Positions 34,334 to 48,480 of a stretch of DNA of 64,000 nt are shown here, piece after piece. A model generated the notes under the pieces. That model was given only the letters and a program-made list of their open reading frames with translations. It did no database searches and was not told where the DNA came from. A program made the translations under genes and the position numbers. How positions within the stretch are numbered: the first letter of the stretch is position 1; each line of letters starts with the position of its first letter. The stretch comes from Utricularia gibba (lineage: Eukaryota > Plantae > Magnoliophyta): positions 1,426,001-1,490,000 of the forward strand of contig NEEC01000019.1 of NCBI GenBank assembly GCA_002189035.1. The letters run 5' to 3'.

Positions 34334-35713
34334 TCATTTCGTTGCCTGCGCAATGATGTTGGATATTGAGCTCGCTTGCTCCTTGGCTGCCTCGACGAGG
34401 GAGTCCTGGAGAAGAAAAGTGATTCGGCATTGCTGCAGATCGTCGCATGAATGTTGTTTCGACGTACCTGTGCAGCTACTAGACGCGCAACTGTTTTCTT
34501 ACTGGATTCTTGGAGTTCACCAGCAATCAGAATTTCATCCAGTATGTAATACGCCTGTATAAAATGGATGCAGCATTGCAGAGAAAGGGAGTGGATATTT
34601 AGAGATGGAGCATTACTGCTGGGGAATGAAAGCATACCTTGTGGAAATTGAAGATCAAATCCAGTTCACAGACCTTAACAGCCAGAGGAAGGAAAGAAGA
34701 ATTATGATATTCAAAGTGAAACAACATGGAAAATAAGATGGGAGGTGTTTCAGGCCTTACACTTCCAAAGTAGCGGTCTAATATCTCAACATAGTGATGG
34801 ATGATTTCAAGGGTCTCCAATTCATTGTCATCCTGATCAATGCACATGCAAAAATAAAGGCTAGCATACCTGCGGAATAGGGCCATAGAAATTTTGAGCT
34901 GATGGAAATGACGACCCCCAGGCAGGGTGGCCGGATACATATTCTCAAGGTTTGTTGAAGGCTGGAGGTTACCTTTTGTACGCTACTTTGTATCCTCTCC
35001 AATCCACAAAATTACATAACTTGGGGCCTCGATTGAGTATCATGCCACTGAGCTCTCGAATAACCTTTTGAAATCGGGTAGTTTTCAAAAAAAAAAAAAA
35101 AAACAGATTGCCCATTAGAATAAGCCCAACTAACTTGACAGCAAAAGTTTATGTAGAATGTTTAAATGAACTTGTGGCTGTTTTCAGATTTGAAGTAATG
35201 CACGACATACCTTTGTTCTTTCCTTCTGTGTATAGGGTGAATACCATTTTGTCAGCCTTACTTTCCCTTGTCTGCTTACGAGAATAACAAAATGAATCTG
35301 CACCAAGTATACCATGCGGAAAAGTAGTAACAGCGTAATCAATCAAAAGGGCTGAAACAACCATAGCACAAAAGACCAAACGCTGCGTGCCGAGACTCAT
35401 TCCAAACAAAATTGCAAACATTGGGCGACAAGGGAAAACCAATCCTGATTCATCGACGCCGCGAATCCATGAATTAAACGCACAATTCAAGCGCAGGAAC
35501 AAAATTACGGAAAGAAGTTCAACGGAACACGAAAAAACATAAACCGAGAAATTCAACCAGATCCGAATACCAAACAAATTTCATATCTAAACCGCGTGAT
35601 GCATCAAATCATCAAATAACGGCACGAGACACAAGAAATCCCAAATTTTTTATAAAAAATAAACCGATAAACACCTGGATTTAAACACAGATAACTCAAA
35701 ATTTGCATACCAT
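34334..35713 (-). CDS. AP1S: AP-1 adaptor complex sigma subunit, 7 coding exons
   Basis: ATG-only first coding exon (35711-35713) then [22 protein letters not shown]; [11 protein letters not shown]; [54 protein letters not shown]. Confidence 0.93.
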
Positions 35714-36058
35714 GGCGGAGATCGGCGGCGCTACCGGAGACGGAGAAACTGCTCTTTTCGTCCCCGCCCACGATCAACGATCTCTTAATTTTATTGTTTG
35801 TCTAACGTGAATTGACTATAATACCCTTAACCTCAATAACCAAGCCACATTCATTCCGTAAAAAAACAAGTCACCCTTCGAACAACTATTAAATTCAATT
35901 TAATTATATGATTTTTAAAATCGTTTCAATAATTTTTATAAAAAAATTAAAAACTAATAAATTCAATTCAATAATATAAAAACCAATAAATCCAAAATAG
36001 TAATTAAACCAAAAAAAAAAGATTGAGCTCAATATTATTGATACTTACGGATGCTGCT

Positions 36059-38653
36059 TCAATGGCTTCTCTGAGCTAAGTTCCGATGGATCACGTACCG
36101 AAACGACGTCGTCTGCTCGATCCAGTATATGTTCTTTTCCAGCCGGCCGGACTTCATGAGCCTCCTGATAGCTTTCTGTTGATCCTCAGAAACGCTGCTG
36201 TTGATCGTCTCAACAAGCTCAGCTGAGGTGAGGGACATGTCTCTGGCGTAGTTTCTCAACTTCCTCGGAAGGTAAAGCTTGGTCTGCTTCTGAAGGTAGA
36301 CGACGGATTGCAGGAACTCTTCCTTGGCAACCTTGAGATCATCAAATATGGTCTTTGGGGAATAAACTCGAACCTGCAGATTCTTCAATTTTGGTCTGCT
36401 GTTGGGTGTGAAGATCGAATGAGGGGAGAAGGATGTGGGCTTACTGCAGGATCCGTTGTCATTCCGGTGCAAAGAGCGAAATGGACGAGGGGTTCGGGAT
36501 ACTCCACTGCATAGGGGTGATCCATCTTCAGCTTCCTGCCTGGGGACAGCAGCGTCTGGAGCCACTGCATTTGCCACAGAGAGAGTGTAAATAGAAGCTT
36601 CATGGAAGCTCCAAGGTGCCATTTTATATCCTCTGCCTTTTGGTGTATGTTACAAAGATAAACATAAGCAGGAAGAAAAGATAGATGCCTGTGCAGATGA
36701 ATGAGCTTTGAGTCTCAGAATGGAGCTCTGTATATCGCATGCATTTAAACACTTCCCACCAACGATATACGAAGCCTGTAAATCAATGGAAATGGATGCT
36801 CAGGATTGACTAAACAGATATAGAATGATGCATCAAGGTGCCATGTCTTGCCCTTTACCTTCATTACTGAGTTATTTCTAGTGTAGCTGTGAGTCCCATA
36901 TGCTAAATATCCCTGCCAAAGTAGTGAAAATTTGTCATGTAGAAAAGAAGAAACTTTATGTCGTAAACGAATCTCATTTCGATATTTTTTCAATGTGTCT
37001 GATCAAATGAGTCCTAGATGTTATGGAATTTAAGAGAAAGCTTGTCAAGGCATAACATACATGCATCACCAATGCATTGTGGATATTGATCCAGAATGCA
37101 AGTTTCTCCTCACGGCTCATCTTTGTTGGGTTGACGACCTCAAGGCTCCTCACCAAGTTCCTGCACAACGTTGGGGCATCAGAGAAAAGAAAGATATCAG
37201 CTAAGCATACTCAATACTATGACTTATATGCAGGAGTATACTGGAAATACTTTTCTCATAGAGGTAAACAGGGACTACCTGAAGTTCTGAAGCATCTCAG
37301 CTGCATGGTTATAACTTTCCTTATCCAGAGCTAGCCTTGAAACTTCCAACATTGATGAATATGGACCCTTTTCTCGTAGTAGACACTCTGAGATTGAGAA
37401 TTCGTCTGTTTCATCAATGAACTGAGGGCTCCAACTATTTCTTGGGGAAAATGTGCCAGAGGAGTATGAGGAACCGGAAGAAACTGAGTGGCCATTTCCT
37501 GTCTTTCTGGGATTGGATAGCTTGCAGTAGATTGAGGCTATGCATCTTATAATGTCCTCAGATAGTCTATTAGGAGAAACACGAGCAGCAGGATACTCAA
37601 GATGGTCTGCTAGACTCACATGGCGATCATAAGCACTCTTCGTATCCTGCAATTACTCCTCATATGAATAAGATTAAGTTCTTGTAAAAGGAAAGCATGA
37701 ATATGGAGAAGAAGCTCAAATAAGACACTTGAACCTTGGAAAGTAACATTGTTATTCATCATCTTGAAATTACATCGAAAAGTTAAAAACAGACTTAAAA
37801 GCATCTATGTTTATGGCATATCAAGAGCATAGCAATATATAACCTTTTCTCTTGCTGATTCTGAAGCAACTTCAAGAGAAGCATCTTTTCGTGGTGCAAT
37901 TGAGCTATTGAGTTGAAGGCTGTCATCTCTTTCCGAAATTTCTGATTTCTTTTGTGTGAAGGGTAGGTCAGTGGAACACCTTGGAGCAACCCCATTAACA
38001 TGGTGCAGATGCTTAGTGCTGTCTACAGCAGCAAATGGAAGGTACTGTTGAAAAGCTGTCCGGTAAAGAGTAAGCAAATGCCTTTCCAAATGCATAATGT
38101 CTTCTTCCAGAGTAGTGATTTCTTCCATAAGTTTCACAGAATGCTGCAGCCAACAACCAACTAACAAGTCAAGGAAGGAAGCAAACCAAAAAAGATGAAA
38201 AAGAACAAAGCCCACGTAGGTTTGTTCTCCTCCAGATTTTCCATGACAATTCTTCAATGAAATTTGTGTTGATTCAACCATGTAACAAACTTTACAGCAA
38301 AATGTTAAAGTTTAGCTGATCCACATTCACTTAACAGGAAACCAATGAAATCAGAAAGCTATGGAGACAATCCATGATCACCAAGAATGTGTGTTGTGCC
38401 ATCCGCATACATTCACATTGTTCATCACATCTACATCCGATGGTTGTATAAAATCTAAATCAGCCGCTCTTGCAAACAACAAAACTCCAGAGAGAACATA
38501 TAAGAGGCTACATTCGGACAAGAAATCTCAAACACGGACATGCTTCAAACGAAGAGGAAGCCTTGGCGTCACGTTAAGCACATTGTGATCCTCAGCCATT
38601 TCACCACTGAGCAGAGACGTAGAACCGCCCGGAGAAGGAGATAAGCCACTCAT
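36059..38653 (-). CDS. DUF547 / MIP1 leucine-zipper family protein; start codon uncertain
   Basis: Coiled coil LMEEITTLEEDIMHLERHLLTLYRTAF; PNRLSEDIIRCIASIYCKL; EEKLAFWINIHNALVMH; YPEPLVHFALC; FRYVIH near the C-terminus. ATG 38653 is inferred; an upstream exon near 39020 may add residues or be UTR. Confidence 0.78.
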
Positions 38654-39703
38654 GGGTTTGATACGAAAGGCAACCCCGCAATACCCAATACACTCACAAC
38701 ATAATGCGACAGCAGTCGAACCACCGACACTATAAAATGAATAAAAACAGGTGCCAGAACCAATGAATCGCAAAGGTTAAGCCATCAAACATTAGATAAG
38801 CAGCAACCCATAAAACAATTACCGAGAAAACGAAAAAAATGAAGGTCTGGATTGTAGAAGGAGCATTTAATGCAAACACCCATGCTGGAGTAGGTGGCTA
38901 AAAAACATTGAATAATGATAAATATTAAGAAAGAAAAGGAAATGTTTCCGTAACGTAGGGCCTGAAGAAGCATCAGGGTGAAGTGTAGTAGTGGCAGCTG
39001 TGGGTGTGGCGTCCATTACCATTGAAAAAGGCAGTAAATTTGAAGGAGAAGAAATTGATGGCGATGTGGGGAAGGCATGAATCAATGCAGTTCGCCGACT
39101 GGAAAAATTACAGAGATTCAATTATTTTCAGGGACAAACTGCTTCATTTTCTTCATCATTATGATCATGTTCCTGCTGATGAATCGGGGAGAAATATCAT
39201 TCTTAGGCTCTCCCTTTTCTTCCCTTCACTGCGTGTAGTATTCACTGTTCAGGACTGAGGCCCAGAACAGTTACCTTCGATGTACATAGAGCAGTTCCTA
39301 TCTTTAGATACCATCCAACCGTTAAACTACGTACGCGTTTGAAATCTTCAACCTACTAGTAGAATCCGTTTGATATCGATTAACATTATTACATTCGTGG
39401 ACTTTCTTCCTGTGAATGGGGGAAAAGAATTCATTTTTACTGAAAGCGTATCTCTGTAATACAGATGATTAAAGGTTTGGAAATATTGTAGAGAAAGTGA
39501 ATCACCTTTTTTCATTCCACGAAGAAACTACGAAAAGGGCTATCAGGCAAAAAGATGAAGAGCGTGGCATTTCCTCAAGTCTCAATAACTCAGACCCAAC
39601 AAATGTGAGTCACGAAGACCCATGTATAGAGTAAATATCATCATCAAAGTGACAAAACAATCACGACTTCAACGGAAGATAATTCTATAATTTTCTGGGA
39701 GAT

Positions 39704-42045
39704 ATGATAGCACGCTCATTCAAGCTACTTCCTCTGCCTCTACCCAATTTCGAGACTTTCAAGCTACCGGGTTCCATTGCATCCGTTTCGAATGCTCATG
39801 GTGGGTATTGCTGTTTCCACGCCGTGTCTCTGTCTTCCGGGACCACGAAAAGATGTGTTCTTTCTCCATTCTCTTCTTTTAATGAAGATAAGGTAAGCCT
39901 TTTCCTCTTGTTTTCAGTTGTTTTTGTTGGTTTTAATCCCTTTTTAGGTATGGGATTTGTGGGTTTTGGTTAAAGCTGTGTGGTTCACATGGGCGGTTCT
40001 GACCGTGATTTGGAAGAACGTTATTGGGTTCTTTTAATTTCGTTCCTACTTTATGGCAACGGTTTTGGTGTGCAGATTTCCTATTTAGGTTGCAGACTTG
40101 TGGTTGAATTTTAAGTGCAAAATACGGACATATCTTGTTTTTCATCCTTCCACTGATGTTTCCCGTTGGAGACATCTCGTTTGTGAAGAATGCTGAACCT
40201 CTCTTGGCATCTTAGACACATAGCTGGTTGACCCTGAGATACACTAATGAATGTTATAGCTTGGTTTTTGCCCATATTTTTCATCCCAAAATCATCAGTC
40301 TTTGTGGATTGGTTGTTACACAATAGAATTGTATAGCAATCTGCCTGCTTCTGATGCATGGTATAGAATCCTATTAACACACCTTCTTTCGAACGTGTCT
40401 CCAATTTGCATAACATCAATGTGAATCTAAAGTTTTATGATGTAAATATCCCATCTTTCAGTGGTTTTTCTAATATGTACTACAATGGGGCTCTGTTTTG
40501 CATATTTCCATAGTGTGTTTGCCGATGTGATAAAAAAAGTCAAAGTGTTGGAGCGGTAGGAGATGGAGAAACAAGGGAAATCATAGTAAGTGGATCAGAC
40601 GATGAATTCAAAACCCAAATTCCATCCCAAGCACAGTCTTTAGTTGAAGGGTCCGGAGCTGTTTTGGTAACGGAATATAAACCTTCTCCTGATGTGGATT
40701 ATTTACAGGTTTGTTGATCTATACCCCTTTTTAGCTGATGAAGTACTCGTGGTGCTGGTTTTTTTTTGCCTTGATTTTCCACTGCTTATCTTCTCTGTTC
40801 TCGGCTATTGTTAGCTTCCTGGAAGTTTTTATCATTTTCAATGGGCCTATTCATTTTTTTGTTCAACGTCATCGAATGGCTTGCTTGAGCCCTTCCTGTT
40901 TTGGCCTCAACTAATCAAGTTTTCAGGTCTTATGTCTGGCCGAAAGGAAGGACTCAACATTCTTCTCTGCTTCAGATTTCTCTTTGCATTAAGAATAACT
41001 GTGAAATACATAACTTCAGGAGTTGCTAGCAATTCAGCAACAAGGTCCTCGAGCAATTGGATTTTTTGGGACCAGAAACATGGGGTTCATGCACCAAGAG
41101 CTTATTGAGATCTTGAGCTATGCATTAGTCATAACGGTAGCACTTTTTTTTTTCTAGCCTCTGGAATCAGTCACATTGATTTTTTTTTTGTGTGGAAACA
41201 GTCACACTGATTTTCAACCGTCCTGTTATTGATGTATGAATCATGTTGACAATTTCCTCATAGCAATTGGATTCTTGCAGAAAAACCACATCTTTACATC
41301 TGGGGCTTCAGGAACCAATGCTGCTGTAATTAGAGGAGCTCTTCGTGCTGAAAAACCAGAGCTACTTACGGTGATATTGCCCCAGAGTTTGAGCAAGCAG
41401 TCCCCTGAGAGTCAAGAATTGCTCTCGAAAGTGAGCATAATATTCTTCTGAAAGTATCACGCACTGGTATATGATGAATTAGTGTTACTCTGGAGGCATT
41501 ATTGCCTTGCACACACAGCTTCTCCTTCGAGATAGTGAACAAAATACAAAACCATGAGAAGCTAAAGCAAACCATTCCATTTGATGTGTGATGCTGATAC
41601 TAAGGGGCCATTAGAAGTTTGTTAGAAGTTTGGGTTGCTTGTTGAATTGCTGTATCTAACAGTTTCCAACGCATGAATCCTCAAATTCTCTTCCTTTCAG
41701 GTAAAACATGTGATCGAAAAGCCTCACAATGACCATCTTCCTCTGATAGAAGCCAGCAGGTCTGTCACTTCCCTTGCATCATTGTGACTGTTTCTCTACC
41801 AGTGTATCATATACACTGGCTTGTAGTGCCTGGACATGGGGAACTTATGTGCATGTGTTTGTTCATGTGTGTCAACTGTCATTGTTAGTAAGATTCCATG
41901 CGAATGCAGGCTGTGCAACATGGACATAATCTCCCAAGTTCAGCAAGTGATTTGCTTCGCTTTCCATGACAGCCGGTTGCTCATGGAAACTTGCCAGGAG
42001 GCGAAGAACATGCGTAAGATTGTTACTCTCTTCTATCTTGATTGA
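39704..42045 (+). CDS. Uncharacterised plastid-targeted protein with cyanobacterial-type SLOG/DprA-like domain
   Basis: Transit-like N-terminus; PDVDYLQELLAIQQQGPRAIGFFGTRNMGFMHQELIEILSYA; HIFTSGASGTNAAVIRGAL; VICFAFHDSRLLMETCQEAK; ends IVTLFYLD*. Family assignment is from recalled similarity. Confidence 0.82.
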
Positions 42046-42680
42046 TCATTCTTTAATGAAGTCTGCTTTCCCTGTCTGTTGTTGTGTACACATATTGTGC
42101 TCCATAAACTGGTGCAAGTCGTTAGGAAAGTGAAATCTTAGCATGCTTCTGTATAAGATGTTGGGATTCATTCATTTCTGGTTAATCAGCTGTTTAAAAA
42201 AGGTTTAATTGAGTTGAGGACAAGCTAAGCAAAACACCCCACAAAATTGATTGCAGAAGCCAAAATTTGAGCTTCACAGAAAATATACAATGAAATGATT
42301 CTATGCAGCTCCATCCCTCATCATCATTCCCTTGAATCGTGTGTTATACATACCATTCGTCCTCTCTGGACAAATATACAAATCTCTGTGATCAGAAATT
42401 TCACAAATGTTACATCACCTTTCTCCAAGGCAAGTCAAGGAAAACCAACTGTAGATGCCAAAGGGTGGCAATCAAGCTCTAAACCTCATACCTTGGACCT
42501 CCTGCTTACCGCTCTCTCTGAGGAAGATGATCCATTTAACTTGTATGAGATGCTTGCATGTCTCCTAGATACATGCGTTTATTTGAGCTATTCAGGGGCA
42601 ATATGCAGTAGCTATGTAGTGACTGAAGTGAAGCCAGGAAAGCTTCTTGAGCTGCAAAGATCAGACAGTGTTCTTGCATC

Positions 42681-44618
42681 CTACACTGCATACATTCTTG
42701 TGCGTCTCTCACTGAACATCTCATGGTTAGAAGCAAATGATCGCGAAAAAGAACGCGAAAGAGCACTATTCCTTCTTGAGCTTTTGGTTCTCGAGTCTTC
42801 TATCCTGTGTCGAACAACACAGAAACACATTGAACCAATTGTTGTCAGCATGATTGTGCTGCCAATCACTGTGGTGTATATGGCGAGCCCCCGTTGCTGT
42901 GATCCAACAACGATGTAGGTGAGTGATATGAAGGCAATGGAAATGAAGAGGCAGGCCATCCACATGAGCTTGTTTATCACAAACATGAGCTGTTTCTTCG
43001 CCTTCTGTTCGATCACAACCACAGAGGTTTGCACCACAACGACAGCCAGGGAGATGAACAAGGCAAAACTGTCTGACAAGAAGAAAATGATGAAGGCAGC
43101 ATTGTTAGCTATGTTGGCCTGCCCCAAAGAAGCCCCACTTTGTGGTGATTCAACATACTGTCCAGGGACACTGAAGATGGCAGCAAAAGCCACTGTAGCA
43201 ATCAAGACAGCAACAACAGTAGCAGAGTTGATAGCATTGTTGAGACCCTCAATGTGGAGTTTCTTCACTTTCTTAGCAATCCTTTCTACCCGGAATCCTG
43301 TTTTTCTAGTCTGTTGGAGCTGTGACTCCACATCGTGCTTTATGTCACTAACAGTCTGTTTAAGCTGCTTTGCTGCACTCTGAGGCTTTACAGACGGCCT
43401 GGCTCCAGCCTCTTCCAGAATGGTCACCATTTCAGATAATCCCAGCCTCTGTGCAATATCCAGTGGTGATTCTCCCGCCCCATTGATTGCATTGACATCA
43501 ATAGTCTCAACAGAGAGAAGATACCGAACAATCTGCCACACAAGAGAGCAAAGATCAATCTTCTCATCAGTTAAACTGCAGATTTAATGATTATTCATGA
43601 AAAAAATGTGATGCTTCTTACATTGATGCTTCTTACATTGCTCCGGCCTTTTGTTACTGCAATATGGAGAGGAGTATTTCTCTTGCCATCTACCAACCCC
43701 AGAACAGAAAGGTCTGGTTTCACGAGCTCCTTTACAATCTCCACATTCTGTCCTTTGACAGCCATATGCAATGCCGTCTGCACTTTCTTATCAGTCCTAA
43801 ATCCGCAACCTGGATCCTTCTCTAGAAGAGATTTCACCACCTCCAAGAATCCCAATCTTGCTGCAGTGTGAAGTGGGAACTTGCCATTGTTTCGAGAAAT
43901 CTTTGCTAAGTTGGGGTCTGTATCCAGAAGCAGATCAACAACATCTTTGTTCCCCTTAGCGGCAGCAGTGTGCAATGGAGTGCAATTTGCACCATCAGTT
44001 GTCATGGCAAGGGAAGGGAAAACTTGTAGCATATGTGTCAGTACACCTGCAAGTTCAGAAAGAAACTCATGATCAGGAGAATTGGAGAAGCTCTTCATTC
44101 GAAAAATGCATGGAAACTCATCATAAACACTAAACTCTGAATAGCAAAATCAACAGAACTAAAAGAACAAAACAATAGAGATCACAAGAAGATAACCAAC
44201 CAATATGGCCTTCCCTGGCAGCAACATGGAAAGGATCAAAGGTATTGTTGGCCTTCATTGAGCAAGTCTCAGCATCTGAATGCTTCAAGAACTCTGCAAC
44301 AACCAGAGTATGCCCACTTTCTGCTGCAACATACAAAGGAGTCTCACCTTCATTGTTCTGCTTAGATAGCAGTACTTTCAAACCATTCTCTTTGTCACCA
44401 ACTCCATGAATAATATCCTTTACTTTTCCCAGATTCCCTGCTCTTGCAGCAAGATGAAGAGGCGAATCGCCTTTCTTCCCAGGGGAATCCTTGATCTTCT
44501 TCTTGTCCATACCGAAACTCAACTGCCTCTCTAATGATATCTTAAAGCTTTTTTGTTTCTCCATCAATCCCTTGAAACTTCTCTGCTTTTCAAATCCTTT
44601 GGAATTCTGTATTTCCAT
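42681..44618 (-). CDS. Ankyrin-repeat transmembrane protein with PGG domain (ITN1/ACD6 family), 3 exons
   Basis: GDSPLHLAARAGNL, GETPLYVAAESGH, TPLHTAAAKG, TALHMAVKGQN repeats; NNAINSATVVAVLIATVAFAAIFSVPGQY; four hydrophobic segments; ends RMYAV*. Confidence 0.92.
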
Positions 44619-46382
44619 CACAACGAACTACTCACCAGAAAAATTACAGCAGCATACTTTTCAGACACAGCAAACAGCAAAAATCCCTGACCAAAAAAGG
44701 TAATAATCAGTTCCTGTATAGAGTAAGCTTCAGAATATAGAGCAAGAAAAAAAGCAAGATACATGAATCCTCAACCTCTGTTGCAAAATTGATAATTTCA
44801 GCCTCAATCCAGAACGATGTATCAGAAACCCACAAACTTGCGCAGTCAAAATAACCCCAAGCCCGAAAAAGCTTCAACCCTACGAACAGAGACAGGAAAC
44901 AATGGAGACCAGAAAGAAAGAAGGACGGAAAGCAAAGAGACCAAAAGAGAAACCACCACTTTCTCATGTGGTGGGCGGTAACTTTCACGGGGTGCTTCTA
45001 ATGCTAATCTCTTGTTCGCTTCTGATCATTATTGATTGCAAACAATAATTACAGTACAGTTTAACTTCATTGAAGAAAAAACAAGCTTCCTATTGCAATT
45101 TGTATCAGCCGCCATTGATGCTGACTTCAATGGCAGTGATTGCTTCATTCCGGCATCAACGGTGGATCAACACTGTTGGCCCCTCCGCCGGCCACTGATA
45201 AGAATGGGAAGACCAAACTCCCGTGTTGGAACACATGGCGTAAGGAAATCATTTTTTTATTGGATCCTGAGAATCCATCTGACGCAGCAACACAACCCTT
45301 TTCACCAAAACCAACACACAACTCCAATAAGAAGCAAAGTTCTAACCTTTCCATCTCTGACTTAAAAAATGAACCAGAATGTTACTCCCCTTCAGAAACC
45401 CAGAAGCCACATCCCAAAAGGAGATTAAGGTATAGTAAAAACTTATCCCTTCTCCCTAAACAGTTGCACTACATGCAGTAAAAAAATGCTAAAAAGACAG
45501 GTTTGAAATTTCAAAGGACCATGAAAAAAAAATCTAAAATCTAAAGAGCTCTCTTGTTCACACTTCACACCATGGAATTCACCATCATGCGATCAGCGGT
45601 CAAATGTCAATGGGATAATTAACATCTTTGACTTGGGTTAAGGAATTAATACTATTTTAATCAGAAAGCATTCCAAAATTAATTACCACGGCTGCTTAAA
45701 AGCAGGCACTTTCGTCTTAATAATATATCAACTTTTAAGAAGATTACGCCATTGACTACATATTCTATTTCCTAATGTCTCACTTTTGATCCCAAAAACA
45801 TCATCAATTTTGAATTAAAATATTAAAATATCAATAATTATATTGTATCTGTATCTATTTAATATATTCAATAAAATTACTCTTTATAATACTTATTTAA
45901 AACGTTATTATAGCAAATATTTAAAAAAAAAAACAAACCAAATTTCAATTTATTAATAAAATTCATGAAAAAAATAATTTTGATAAACATGATTAGAAAA
46001 ATTACGCATGTTTTACAAATTAGGGCTTGGATTAACCACAAACCCCAATCGAATTGTAAAACAATGGTTTGAAATTAACCCACTAAAATCGATTTTTGGA
46101 TTTAGGGTTGATCCCAACACCTCTGATTTGAATGAATATGTGATTGATATAAGTATTAGTAGAGCAAAAAAAATCCAGAACTAGCAAAAACAATGGTCAC
46201 CAAAATGCAGTCACAAGCAACACAGGAACTAGTGATAAAGCGGTTGTAAGGATATAGATAGCTTCATCATCTAAACAAACTAAAAACAGAGAGCTTCAGG
46301 ATGGACAACACAGACAGACAGACACACCCCAGCAGCATTATTCCTGCAGTTTCTTCTTACCTGGAGGGCTACATGACTGGGT

Positions 46383-48480
46383 TCAGAGCTGCACTTCCCG
46401 GTCATGTATCCAGCTGAAGGAGAGCCTTGGGGCTTGTTTTGCTCGGCTTTGAGCTCTCTCCTCCAGCTTTCTGAACCTTGGAGCAAGGCCACACAAGTAG
46501 TCCTGTGCTTTCTGGCCCTCTGATGACAATCCGGTAAGATCAGCCACTTTCCAGTGGTTGACCAAGTGTTCGAGGATGCTTGCGTAGTCGCTTGCGGTGT
46601 ACACTCCGAGTCGTTGTGCAACGGCTGAGTAGTGTTCAAACAAGTCGAAATCCCGGCCATCGTACATCAGGTGTGCGGGCATGGAGATTTTCTTCCTCAT
46701 CATGTCTTCAAAGGCAAGCACAGTGCCATTGGGATCTATCTCGAACAGCTTCTCCACTATCTTGGTGTATGCTGTTTCATGGCGTTTCTCGTCTGAGGCT
46801 ATGGATCCACATATCTGTGCAAGCTTGAAGTCTCCGTGCTCTCTTGCGAGTCGAGCAGTGTTTCCATGGGAGATGAAGGTTGCTCTCTCTTGGAATGATG
46901 TGTATATAAATCCAAGATAAGGATTGTTTTCCGTCCTCGGATCCTATGCATGTTTCATTATCACATATATTGATACTAAACCACAGCAACATCAACTAAC
47001 GTTCAAAGCAAAATAACATGCTACTACAAAAAGGGCAATGAAACAGATGTATCTTACTTAAAATTCACATGATAACATCAGAGGATTCAGACGATTCGAG
47101 CATACCATATTACACAATCACATGTAGCAACAATGCCAACTCAAGAACAAACAATATAAAGTCACCCCACTACCATGTAAACTAGCTTTTGCACATATTT
47201 TGATGAAGATGGAAAACCCGGCTACAGAACAAGCCTAATAAATGGCAGTGCTTGTTTTATATATAAGAAAAGCATAGTGATGAAATTGACTACTGGAATT
47301 TCAAATGCTAAAAAGTTAGCAGTCACAAGTGTATATACCACACCAACTTCAACAAGATGATAAAAAGGCCAAGCGCCACTTACCATTCCGGATCCAATTA
47401 GGTACTGGATAGTCTTCTCGATTTGCTTCATGTCAACTCTCCCAGATAGGTATAGATACTTATTTAGAAGGTCTCCATGCCTATTTTCTTCAGCAGTCCA
47501 TGCTCTAGTCCAAACTGCCCAAGAAGTTGCACTTGCCCCGGTTTCATCACGAACGCCATCTAAGGTGTTAAGCATTGTTTGATATGTTGGAAGAGCTTCC
47601 TCCGTGATCATATCACCTACCAGAACAACAAAATAATCATCAGGAATCTCTCTAGCTCTTTCTCTTAGTTCCTTGACCTGATCATGGAAATCTTCAGAAC
47701 ACGGATCGGGTAGAAAATCTTGAGGTTGCCAGCATTTTTCAACAGATTTGAGAAGAGTGAGTATGTTATTTTCTGCCCATTCTTCCAAAGATTTGAAGAT
47801 CTCAACTTTTTGGGGAGGTAATGAGTGTGTAACTTGAACGTGAACCTCCTTTGGTGGAGTAAAAGGTTTCCTCTCAATTTCAAGCTCCCTGTGGAAAGAT
47901 CCAAAAAGCCCATCAGCGCCTAGATAGCACTTATTTACCAAAGAAAGCGTCACCTTTCTGTCAAACATCATCATCTACAAAGAAATTGCTAAAAGGGAAG
48001 TTGAAAAAAGACACAAACAAATGGGACAATATGCTTTCAAACCCTATACAAGAAATCAAAATCGCATAGATAGGACAATTAGCAGTCATATACAAAGCAT
48101 TGCCAAGTTCTCTGAAAAAACACCATCATCACCAATAGCAAACGTGCCATTAGATCAAATGAAAGCATAAAATCCCAGAACGAAAGCATGCTTTCCAAGC
48201 TCCAAATCGCACAGAGACACCAAATAATGGTGACATTTGCTATAAAAAGACATCTCATCACCGAAGAACATTGGCAAATGCAAATTGACAGTCTCCGGAC
48301 AACATAAAACCCGCATGCACATACAAAAACCCATATAAAACCGAATTGCAAAGACCTGGAAACAGGACGGAGAGATGACGCCATATAAAACTTGGGAGAT
48401 CTGAAAAACCCAGTCTTTGGAAGCGCGACAGAAGGGGTTTTTGGTGATTGAAAAGTGATCGCATTCAGATTCAGCGCCAT
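46383..48480 (-). CDS. SAD: Stearoyl-ACP delta-9 desaturase, plastid, 3 exons
   Basis: [14 protein letters not shown] transit; [11 protein letters not shown]; WTAEENRHG and DEKRHE di-iron motifs; [10 protein letters not shown] and [13 protein letters not shown] typical of 18:0 enzymes. Confidence 0.96.

Noticed and set aside
42295-43383. 207-aa and 154-aa plus-strand ORFs opposite the ankyrin-PGG gene
   Set aside because: Antisense to a well-supported coding exon and its 3' UTR; no evidence of a separate gene.
44707-45481. Short ORFs and an 8-bp-stem hairpin (GCCATTGA..TCAATGGC, ~45109-45133) upstream of the ankyrin-PGG gene
   Set aside because: Probably 5' leader or intron sequence. The stem is too short for a miRNA precursor and the peptides resemble nothing I recognise.
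47891-47974. N-terminal extension of the 250-aa SAD ORF
   Set aside because: Read-through into intron 1; the real exon starts at the acceptor near 47890 and joins exon 1 in frame.
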